Shown here one piece after another: positions 1 to 12,300 of a stretch of 64,000 nt of DNA; the stretch's first letter is position 1; every line of letters starts with the position of its first letter. The notes below the pieces were generated by a model, which saw only the letters and a program-made list of their open reading frames with translations, did not search any database and was not told the origin of the DNA. The stretch lies in assembly GCA_964187785.1 (NCBI GenBank), contig OZ076409.1, positions 70,248,001 through 70,312,000 of the forward strand, given 5' to 3'. A program made the position numbers and the translations under genes. This DNA comes from Amphiscolops sp. MND2022 (taxonomy: Eukaryota).

Positions 1-359
1 TATAATAATTCAATTATACCTGAGACGAAAAAAAGCAATCACATGGAATCGGACGTTGAAATATCCAATACAATGAAATTATCAGTAATTGGTTATCACT
101 TCTTCCAACTGGTCGTAATTAGTTTTGAATAATACTCATTTGATGCGACACGAAACGTTAGAAAATAGTCTGTTTTGTTTCATTTTGAAATTGGGCTGTT
201 TGTCTCGTACCAGGTGAATAAAAAAAGTTTTAGTTCCATGCTACCAAAGGCTAATGCTAGATAGCAAAACATGCTTTTCTCTAAAGTTTGATAGTTTTGA
301 TTGAAAGTATAGAAAGAAATCATGCTTTGACAAATGAATGTGTTTTTTAGCTTTTCGAA

Positions 360-3300
360 ATGCCCCCTGAAGGCATCGAACAATCTTCAGTTTCTGCACA
401 GAACGTTGCCCATCAATTCGGTCATTCGCCTCCCACAAACCAGCAGTACGCGACCGACAGTTACTTTCTGCAAGATGTCAAGGATCAGTCCCAGTCTATG
501 CATCATTCCACTTTGAGTGGAAACTTCCATTCGAACATGGGTGCCTCTGAGATAGATTCAAAGGATTATTACCGCCATGTGGCACCTGTTGCACCATCGC
601 AAGTAGAATTATCACAAGCTGATCCTAGATACGCTGCTTTGCATGGTACTGGCGATACCTTCACAGCCAGCAACGACAACCAATACTTTCTTTCACATGT
701 GAGTCTGACATTTTTCGTTGTCATTGATGAAATCATCGCAATTTTCAAGTTGAGTTTTTAAGAGCTGATCGCGCTGTTTGGAACTAGCTTTTTAAAATAT
801 CCAAATGTAGTAGTAGTAACAAACAATGCTGACATTGTCGATGCACGTCAGTGAAAAAATGCTTTTCTGGGTCTCTTGAATTGAATGGTGATTCGTTGCA
901 ATGGATCCTGGTCTCAATGAATGACGATCTTTCAACTAATCGGAGAATCTAGATTTTGCATCGCTTTCATTGATTGAACAAAAGCTGCATTTCAGGACCA
1001 TGACCTCCTTTCTTCGACGCCGGATGTCTGCAGCTTCGATGACTCCTCTATGGAGAAGACGACCGCTAGTAATGTAGATTCGGCTTGTCAGCTGGTTCGG
1101 CCCACCAAAGTGGAGGACTCCGAGTTGGAGAACGAAGACATAGCAAACATGTGGGTTTGGTCGCCTTCTGTGGAGCATAGCATAACAAAGTTTCTGTCAT
1201 CGCCAGCAACCTTTTTTCTTGATAGAGAGCAAACCACCATGCCCGGAGTCATCGAAACTGCTCCTGGTTAGTAGTTATTTTCCTGCCGAAGTGTAAAAAA
1301 ACCTTCATCAAAAATTGCTTTTTACACTTGCGATAAGCAAGTGTTATGGGAACGTGCGAATTTTTTTTTCCGGGTGACAACTCTCTCATTTCAGACCGCA
1401 AGTCGCATAATTCAGACTTTTTTGGTCTAGTGGTAAGATGCTTGCTTTTCAACCCAGAGGGCCTGGGTTCGAACCCGTGCCTATGCACTATTTTTTTTAC
1501 AAGCTGTGCTGCTTCCAATACTTGCAATTGTTTTGAAACACTTGCTTTTCAACCCAGAGGGTCTGGGTTCGAACCCGTGCCTATGCACTAATTTTTTTAC
1601 AAGCTGTGCTTCTTCCAATACTTGCAATTGTTTTGAAACACATTTTTTAAATGATCAAGTTGAGTTCATGCATTCATGTAACATGTAATGATGTACCTAG
1701 CAAGGTTTTATTTTTGAGTGTATGAGGTTTACCTGAAAAACGTTCCGGCAAATCTTGGTACAAATCAGCCATAATAAAAAGGTTTGTTAGGCTGAAGATT
1801 GCAGCAGTTGATGTCGACGACGAAATACAAAATTTCAAGAGTTGAGACATGGCGTACCAAAACTGTCGAGTCCGAGATTTTAGCAAGTTGCATGTAGAAG
1901 GGGTGCGAAACTAGCGAGTCCTTCCCGGGCAGGTCGTTCCGGGCCACCCAAGGTTAAACACATGTAACAAAATATGAAACTGAGTTCACCGAATTTAAAA
2001 TTTTTTTAGTATAATTATGGTTCATTTTGTTTTTCGTATTTTCACAATGTGTTTTGGCGGACGTTTTATGTTACATCAGTTTATGGATGTTTTCCTATTG
2101 CGGAATCATTTGATCCCTAAGATGTCATTTTTTTTGGTCCTCAACTGAGCAGAGGTTGCTGGCCTTTTTTTCGGTAATTTAGCTTTTCATATAAAGACTG
2201 AGGAAACTTTTCAGGTTGTTTCAACATTTTTTTCGAACTCAGTTGATCCATTTTTTAATGAAACATTATTCTACCCAAAAATGCCAAATTTAAGTTGCAT
2301 GTAGAAGGGGTGCGAAACTAGCGAGTCTTTCCCGGGCACGTCGTTCCGGGCCACCCAAGGTTAAACACATGTAACAAAATATGAAACTGAGTTCATCGAA
2401 TTAAAAATTTTTTTAGTATAAATATGGTTCACTTGTTTTTCGTATTTTCACAATGTGTTTTGGCGGACATTTTATGTTACATCAGTTTATGGATGTTTTC
2501 CTATTGGGAAATGATTTGATCCCTAAGATGTCATTTTTTGGTCCTCAACTGAGCACATGTTGCTCGCCTTTTTTCGGTAATTCAGCTTTTCATATTAAGA
2601 CTGAGGAAACTTTTCAGGTTGTTTCAACATTTTTTTCGAACTCAGTTGATCCATTTTTTAATGAAACATCATTCTATCCAAAAATGCCAAATTTGAAGCG
2701 ATCGTCCCAATTTTTAACGGACGCCATTCGTGCTTGAATTCACTCAATACGATCTCGAACAGTATCTCTCGATGTTGCTCAGAAGAAAACTTTGTTAAAC
2801 CTAAAATCTGAGACCGCAATGTAACTTAGACGATTCACTGTGCAATGGAAAGATTGCTGTTCTCAAAAAAGTTCAATTAACGAATGGTGAACCAGTCATA
2901 CTTTGGCTCCATTTCGAAAACAGTGATGTTGGCCAACTTCAACGAATAAAGCATCACCGTTTGTATCGTGACGGCATTCAATCGAATTGGGTCCCCATTT
3001 TCAAATTATCTCAAAGCTTCGATGTAACTCATGGAACAACATCAACTAGAGTTACCAGAATTCAGTTTCCTGTCGTTCCTGCATCTGCTATCACCATTCA
3101 TAAATCGCAAGGTGAGCTATTTTTGTTCTTTTCGGGAACGTATATTAGCACTTGTTACTAATCGTTTCAACCTGAAGTGAAACGCTATCTTCCTTTTATA
3201 TTAGATTTCACAACTCCCTGGTTTTTTTCTCGGAGAATGAATCTGTTAATACTTCAGGCGATACCTTCAATGACTTGGAGTGTGACTTCCGTTCTCGACC

Positions 3301-6300
3301 AACAATTCATCATTTGGTGTACACGGCACTGAGTAGAGTCCGAAAGTTGGAAAATTTGTTCATTGTCGATGAATTCCTCTCCAGAAAGATATCTGTTCAC
3401 CCAGAAGTTAGTTCAATCGTTGTCGACCCTGCTTCGGTTTTTGAACTGCTCTACAGCCAATTGTTACTTTCCCTGAGTTGTTTGGTTATACTGAATCCTC
3501 TTGCTCAATATACACTTTTTTCGTTTCAGGTTACGCTGGAGATGGACCGACTTAGACAAGAGGCTGTTTTTCCAACTTTACAATCTCTGTCCAAGTGTTG
3601 CAAAATCCGCCTATTGTTCCAAAATGTACAGTCTTCGAAAAAATTTTTGCATTGCTACCAAGCAACCATTTTTCGACACTGCAACTTTCAACATTTTCTG
3701 TGAAACTTGGTTGATGTCATCAGACACACTTCCATCCACATTCAATGATATGTTCATCACACGACTTGATTTTCCTACGTGTGATTCGAATCAGAGACAC
3801 AGAGGAGGATTTGTAATTTTCTCGAAAGTTCGTCTCGACATAACATCCGAAGTCACGAACAATGTGCAAATAGCATGTTTCGAATTCATGAATCTTCTTT
3901 TCATTTTTGTTCATCGACGACCGTCAGAAACACCAATATCATTGTTCAAAGAATGTCTTTCTCAGAAGTTTCGCCAACAGAAGAAACCAACCATTGTTAT
4001 GGGTGATTTCAATGTAAACTTGAAATGCGATAACAGCTCCTTTTTACGCTTTATGGGGTCAGAAGGTTTCCACTGTCTAATTGATGATACCACCACGAAA
4101 GAGCACACACTTCTTGATCACGTATACTGCAATGAATCGAATCTTCTTCATAAGTTGAACTGTTTTGTGGCCTACAATGTTTATAGTTTCCATGAGCCCA
4201 TTGTTTTAGAAGTTTGTGATTGATTTTGTTTCAGTAGTTTAGCTTGTTTATCTTATCTTGAATTATATCCAGCTGAGATGAGAAATTTCGAAACAAGAAA
4301 AATGATAGCGTATAATGTTTTTTCTCGCTTTTCGATTTTCGGAAATCCAGGCACCATATGTGCAAAGATTTTCGCGCTTAGTCAAAAGCCTACTTCACGT
4401 TGCGAGCCATGATTGCTAACATTTGAGAGAAAGCTTTAGGCCATCTTATCGGGCCGAATGAGTTGCCGGAGTTGTTTTTAAAGAGATTCCACAGTTTGAA
4501 GTTGAAGGCCGGAGGCTCGAGAAGTGAACTCAAGGTTAAAACTCAATATTTCTATTTTCAATTCCAAATTACAACCCAATGATTTTCTCTTTAGAATTAG
4601 TACCCACTTTTGTAGTATGATTTATTAGTGCTAATGAATATGATTTATTTTCAGAGGTGTAAAATGCATTTTCGTTGGTAAAATCTCAAATGTTGCCTGG
4701 CAAATAGCGATGTTACGTGTTGTGCTTTAATAAAAGCGATGTGTTTTGCGCTGTGCTGTTGCCTTCGTCAAGAATGCAGGCTTTTTTTCAGAGGAAATCG
4801 GCCACTCAAGGCATTTTTTGGCTGGTTCCCCCAACAAGCATTTTCATTTCAGGACCTAATTTGTGTCTTTTTGTGCTGTTTTTAAATTGATCAGTAAGTA
4901 AAAAATTGTCTTGCCTTTTAAGCCATGGTCCTTCGTGTGATATTGCTTATGCGGTTTTTTCAAAATTTGCAACTTCGCAAGTGTTTGCGAAGCACGGCTT
5001 CGCCTCTGTGTAAATTTTGTATGGCAAGAGTACTTTTGACATTCGTACTTCTCATTTGATTCAATTAAATGCCTGCTGAAAATTTTGTTCAACGTGTATT
5101 TTAGCTAGGGAGAAGTTGCTTGAATGTCTCTGAAATTTTTTATAATGATTGTAGGAAGCAAATTTATTGTTGTAAAAATCACAACTTTTGATGTTGAGTA
5201 AAACATGCTGGCGAGCGGGAATAACGTCTAAGAAATAACGTCTAAAGCCAAGTCATGCTCATTCTCAATCTTGATACATTGAACTTTAGATGTTATTTCT
5301 CTAGACGTTATTCCCGAAACCGTTTTTGGCGTTATTCCTTAGACGTTATTCGCGCCTCTAAAACATGCTGTGTTCCTTTTTAGCCGATGCAGTGCATGAG
5401 TTACTGAGCAAATACACGAAGGTGACAATCAGGAGACCAATTAACGCAGCTTTCATCTCTCCAGACGAGATTGGACTGCAGACTCTGATGGCAAACGAGA
5501 ACTTCAGAGCCGCTCTTGACCTCACAGAGAGACTGCTGACCTCTCTGGGCCAAGGAAGAGGCACTGCCGGTCACATATCTAAGAACAGTGTGCACAGTCT
5601 CAGGCTCTGGCATGCTCGATTCACACTTTTCGCAAAGGTCAGTTGCATTTTTTCTTCGGTCAGTGTTCAGTCAGCAAAACCTGAAGCCGTGTCTCAAGTC
5701 GAGGTTTTTTTTAAATTTTCTGGCTGTTTTTTGCCCCTGCAATGAAATCTATTTCTTTTATTCAGTTTCTCGTTAATCGTGAGCTAAACAACGCCTATAT
5801 TTCGAAAACTGCAAAGAAAATCATTTTGACTATTCGAAGATTCTAATGATTCTATGTCGAGCTTAATTAATGGACTTCTGACCTTTGTACCTAGTAGTTC
5901 CTTTGATTTACCCAGTATGTGAAAAAACTTCCCAGTATGTAAAAAAAGTATGTGAGTAAACTTCTTTTTCTTGTGAGTTCAGAGATATAGAAAATCTTAC
6001 GGGGCCACTGCCTTTTCAAAAATTAACTCTTCGGTGTCACCGAGTCTTGTTTGATATTTCAGCTGAAAATGTATTCCGCAGCTGAGCAAGAGTTTGAATT
6101 TTTTGGCAACTTCGAGAGAACCGATCTCAGTTTCGAATACTACCCGCATCTGTACCCTGACAAATCGGGAAGCATGGTGCCTTTTGCTTTGCGTATGCTG
6201 TGGGCGGAAAATGCAGCCTTCTTGGGGAAGTACAATGAAAGTTTAGATCGACTCAAATTCTTGCTAACCTCTGTTCAGAAACTTATCCAATGTCTGGAAA

Positions 6301-9300
6301 GAGGCGTCGACCATAACGGACGCAAACTTGACAATGACTCGTTTGGCAGGCAAGCGTTGAAGTATTGGAACAAAAAGCAAAATAGCGTTAGTTCAAGTTA
6401 CTTATTGTATTCAAATGTACTAAAATTAGAATATTGGGAACTGAAATTTCCAAAATTTCGTTATTTATAGACTGGAAGATGTTATTCGCCTGTAACTAAA
6501 GTAGTGTGTATTTGGCGGTGTAACGTGCATATGAATATTAAAGCTTGGAGTTCATCTTGAATGGATGAATTTAGTTTTTTTATATTCTGATTCTTCCGAT
6601 TTCCTAATTCTGATTGTTTCTATTTTAGATCATATATGCCATGGGCAATACATTCCTCTTATGGCTAGACTACAGCTCTGCATTTGAGCAGTTTGAGCTG
6701 CTCATAAATCGAGTGGACAGTCCAGAGGAAAAGGTCCATCTAATCAGTGGCATAGGGAGAAGCAATTTGCAGTTGGGGGATCTAAAGAGAGCCGTGGTCG
6801 CTTTCAAGCAAGTGGAGAGTATCGTGAATGAGTTGAAGGAAGGAGCGTCCTTGGAAAGTCAGGAAATTCTGAAGTTGAGTCATCAGGTGCTAATGAACAA
6901 AGGACTTCTGTTTTTGTGTCAGAACAAATACAAGGATGCAGTGACAGCTTTCGAACAGATCACCAAAGAAGACCCCTATGACGTCACCGGTATGTCAAGA
7001 GATCTGTTTTCAGCTAAAATTTGGGCAACACATCTTCATGTCAATTGGTTTTTGATTGCGGAAAATTCTTGATGGCTTTTCTCTTATTTTTCGTTGGCAC
7101 TATATGAAAACATGAAATGTACCGCGACTATTGTAGTGGCGTTTCGTTTTTTTTCCAATCCTCTCAAAGTGACCAAAATAGTTATACATTTTACTCCTTA
7201 GATCTAAAGCGCATCCAAACACCCTGAAGTGTACTCCTTTTGATGTTTTGTTATGATCTATGAAAACTCTTTAAGACCAATTGAGGTGAAACTTTTGGAA
7301 TTTTTTTTACACCACGAATTTGATTCTCGCTTTGTTTTTAGTCGGCGCTTACGTAGGAAGAGCAGATTTTAGTAGTGACTTTTAAAAAAAAAATTTTAAG
7401 ACCGACGAACTGACAGATTTTATAAGTTTTATGAGCTGTTGCTCAGTAACTTCTAACTTCTACTGCCACTTGGAAGAGGTTAATGAGGATTTTTTGAGGT
7501 GTGAGAAGCAGAAGGAGTGGGTTCGAGTGTCACACTTGACCAAAATTTGTTAACGCTGTTAATTCGGCTTTGAGTTCTTTTTTTAAAAAATATTTTGCAG
7601 CAAATTGGATTTTCAAAAAGCCCCTTTACAATTTTCGACCTTGTGAGATTTTTCGAAATGATTATTTTTCGTCATTTTAGTTAGCTTTTCTCAGCACGCT
7701 ATGTCCGAATTATGTTTTTTTAAGATCGACATTTTTTTTTCAATCTTTTTTCTGAATTGTTTTGAGCGAAACAAAGTGTTTTGCGAGCATAGAGGACTCC
7801 TTATGGTTTTCGGCACTATGCGATTTACCGGAGAGACCTTCAGCAGAAACATTCTTGAAAACATTTAAAAATTGTTTTCGTTTTTTCAGAGGTTTTCTGT
7901 GGAGCAAAATGGGTTTTGTTGTCTCCCTCAGAAGATTTGTCATTCCAGTTTCGTATAGTCTTCCATATAGTAGTCACAAATATGTGATTATGGCATAGGT
8001 GTCACAGCAAAACTGAATATCTATATTGGCATCCCAAGTATCCAACCAATCGGGATGTAGTTATTAATGAAGAGTTCGTCAAAATTCCGCTTCAAATATA
8101 CAACTTTCCCACCACGCGAAATTGACACGGCTCGGTGATATAAGACGTGACAGACAGCAAAGCGAAAAATTCATCGAAAGTTTCTAGCAAAGTACTGCTG
8201 AGCAAACTTTGTTTGGCGTCAGACAAAATTTTGATTGACATTTTTACTTGTTCCTCGGTCAATTTCACTCCATTAGGTTCAGCTATCAAAGTTGTTTGTG
8301 ACGGGAGGCGAGGATAATTGAAGCGACAGTTACCACTTCGTTTCAAGCAAGATTTTGTATGATGGAGACCCTGTAGCTCAAGTAGTTTCTGACGCAGGGG
8401 ATCATCTTGAGCAGGAAGTGGACAAGTGATAAACTGATTCACCAACTTTGTCGTCATCCAGGGTATCACCTTCCATGAATTGTTGCATGAAGGCTTCAGT
8501 TAGCGAGAGACATCCATGCACGTGAACCATTCCACGCAACTGCATTTCTAATTATAAAACTCTACGGGTACAGAGCCATCAAATTTGAAAATTGAAATCC
8601 ATTGATCTCCTGAATCTCTTGATTGAAAATTCAAAGTCAATAATCCTTTGAAATCGTTTCGATGAACAATTGTAGACGTTTGGTAAAAACACCAGTAACT
8701 TGAACGGCGTGTTTCTTAAAAACATCTGGTCTTGCGATTCGATCCGATTTTAAAAACTCTTCGAAAAGCGTACCATCAATAGCAAGCCGGGAACGGCCCA
8801 AGTCGGCGCCACTTCTAAGGCTCCAAAATAGCAAAGCACTTCAAAGTGTCAAGTATCTCTTCTACAGTACCCGCATGAGGAAAAAATTGAAAAATCCGAA
8901 ATTTTTCCGATTTTTCTTTGGTCTCCGGTAAGTCGCATAGTGCCGAAAAATGTGAAAAGGGGGCCCTTTGGGAGTTTTTTTGAACATCCATTCTTTTGCA
9001 AAATAGAAAAAAGAAAGAAAAGGGACCCTTTGGAGACATTTAAAAATTTTGCGAGAAAAAGTCTCACAAAGCCGAAGAAATAACCTGCATAGAAAAATTT
9101 TTCGTGAAGGGCGGGACTCGAACCAGCGTGCTTCTGCTTACCAAACCTCAAAAAATCAGAAGCAGAAGCTACATTAGTGTGGCAGTTAGTGGAAGCCAGC
9201 TTATAAAATCTGTCACTTCGTTGGCCTAAAAAATTCAATACTATCGTCTGCATTTTGCTACGAAAAGCGCCGACTAAAAACTGCAATTTTGCCTCCATTC

Positions 9301-12300
9301 TCTGGCAACTGACTCGTGAAAGTAATTCATGACCGAGACTCTTCAAAATACTGATTGACACTTCCGGCCATCGAACTTCAACGCATGAAAGTGTAAAAAA
9401 GATATGAAAGGGCCCCAACTGTTTTACTTTCGCAAAGATGTCTGATCTTGCGACTTTCCAATACTGACTAGTTCCTATTAATCGTTGGAATACATAAAGA
9501 ACGTCGTTTTGTGTGAGAATATACTCCAGAACGTTGCGTTTCTTCGTTGCCTTTTTTGAAAAATAGATCACATTTTTTTCGAACTATTCTCGATTCGCTG
9601 TTGAGCGGTATAAAGATAAATTGAATCTGAGCTGAAGCGAGAGTCAGAATTCATGTGTCTCTGAGTTAAATACTGCTGGGATAATAAATTAAGCGGCCGG
9701 TCTTCACTCAACGTGTTCCGACCTGGAGGGAAATAGCTAGGAAAAGCTTTAGCTTCGAAGTCCTTATTTTTCAACCAGTTTGTGGTTTCCTTGTTTTCTT
9801 CGGGTGCCAATAGACTTATCCATTAATGTTGATCTCGTGTGAATGTCTTGACATTACAAAAGCAGTTGGGTTTCCTGGAATCAGACAGTTGTCTAACCCT
9901 TCATCAATTTCCAGACCGGACTCTAAATCAAATGCATCTGTTCTTTGTTTGACACTGGCTTCATTTTCAATATGTACCTCCAAATCAGTCAGGGGCGAAC
10001 TGTCGCTTCCAATATCTTTCTAGTTGGGAATTCCCAATTTTTGAATTTTTCCAATGCGTTGATTATAGCACTCGGGGGAACAAGCGATTCGGAGTAAAAA
10101 ATTTCAAAACATTCGTTCTCTTCAGTTTAACATTCACGAAGAAGCTATCAAATGTACCACGAGGTAAAGTATTAGTTGTTGACACGATGTCATCACAAGT
10201 GAGTGGAACATTAATGACGCGATCTTTGATTGCATACATTCTCGTACGGGAAAGACTGAAAAATTCAAGAAACAGTAAATCGGGAACCAATTGGTGTTCT
10301 AAGTCCGTGAGAGTAAAATCATCAGTCATTTCTTCTAGTTCCAGTTTGTTTTTAATTGACCTTGGCGGCGAAGTTTTTCTTCCAAAGCCTTCGTGCAAGT
10401 CCAACAAACGTCGATGGAACTGGGCGAATTTGGATTGAAGAGTTTGGACGGGTTCTTCCACTCCGTCGCCAAAAAATCATTTGGCAGCATGAACAATCGA
10501 ACACCAAACCTGGCAATAATTAGTTACGGAACAAGCAAACCTTTTCTTTGAACGAGAATGACAAACCTCGTTGAAGCGTATACTTTCTTTTCCTTTTGGA
10601 TTTCGTACGGTTTTTTTGATGTGACACAGCATTTTCAACATTTCGGGCTTTCGCATTTTCCTGCAGGCTACGCCATTATTTTACGATTGTTCGATATTTC
10701 TCTTGTTAAGGTTGCTTTAGCTTTTTAAAGTAAGTTTCTTTCAGCCAAAGTTTCAAGACTTCAAGATATTTTTGTCTCAATTCGAATCTGAGATGCATCT
10801 TGTAACACTCCTTGTACCGACGTTTCATCTCAGCCAAACAGTCTTTGTAACGACGTTTCCTTTTTTCAGCCGCCAAACAGTCTTTGAAACTACATTTCAT
10901 TCTTTCAGCGAAATAGTCATCGTAACGAAGTTTCTTTTTTTCAGCTAAACACTCCTTATAGCGACGTTTCATGTTTTCAGCTAAACACACTCATTGTAAT
11001 GACCTTTCATTTTATCCGCTAAATACTCTTCGTACCGACGTTTCATTGTTTCAGCTAAGATTTAATACTGATGTCTTAATCGAGGTGCCAAGAGAGTCCT
11101 AAACTTTTCACCTTTCAGCTGTCTGTTTTTTAAATAATGGGCTCTGTTGATGCGTCTACGACGTTCAAGGTGAGGTATTTTATTATCCAGTTTTTGTTTG
11201 CTCTGACGAATCCAAATGATAAAAGCTGCGTAGTGTAGTTTACACGACTGAAATGATTTCGTGCTGTTTCCTGATCAATGAAAGTTGCATCACAAGAAAC
11301 GCAGAGTCTACTAAGTAGGTCCAAAAAAATGAAGTTGCAAATTCTGACGTCTCTGTGTATTCAACTAATCTTGACGCTTCACAATCAGGACGAGTTTTCT
11401 TGCACGTACGTTGCAAGTGTCGGGCCAGTGGTACTGAGCTGGAAAGTTTTTCGACCGTTCGAGCAACTTTTCGAGACAGCACAGTTCAGTCTGTTTTAGT
11501 TGGTATGTTTTCACCAGAAATGGAGGGAGTCGGAATCCAAGACATTGTGCCTGGGATCTCGGGCAAAGAAGGCTGCGAAGCCCTTTTGTCAAAAATCTTG
11601 AAGGGCATACCTCTGAAAAACACTTCCTGCGTTATCGATTGATACAACTTCACCGAAGAACATTCGGTATGGAACTGCTGATCCGTGTAGGAGTTACATC
11701 TGAGAAAATTTTCGATACTGCTTTTTTTTCAAATTCGATAAAATGTAATATTCCATTTTGCCAAATGGTATTTCTACAACGAAACCTTTGATTCCAGCAA
11801 ACATGAATTTGTCGAACATGTATTGTGTGTGACAATCCACTGAACTAAACCCAACTGGTGTTCCCCTCACATGTGTATCGATCCACCCCAGAACATTTTT
11901 GCCAGCTGTACAGAGTTTGTTAAGGTACACAGAAGTGTCATTTTCGTCGTTTCCTGTGAACACTAAGAAATCAATACCCATAGAATCCCAATGACACTTT
12001 ATGTTGAGGTATTATCTTGGAACAAAATTTGGGAATGAGTTTCTGAAATTAAAAAAATCGCTGTCAATTTTAGTGGTTTGAGATGAAACATTCAACAACT
12101 TATATTGTTTTTCACATGACACGAGGAAGCTGATTGAGTTGGTAAAAAAATGTTAGCGATGATTTCACAAGTGTTACTTTGTGTTCCCAAAAGAAAAGCC
12201 AGAAGTTTAACGTGCTTTTCATCCTGATCCACTGTAACTGAAGACAACCGGAGAAAGAGCTCGAAAAACTTTCGTGAAAAAAATGTAAAAACAGGTCAGA

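Noticed and set aside
1422..1490. Functional tRNA genes (also 28165-28232, 49362-49434)
   Set aside because: A/B boxes are present but acceptor and anticodon stems do not pair; all lie in repeat context
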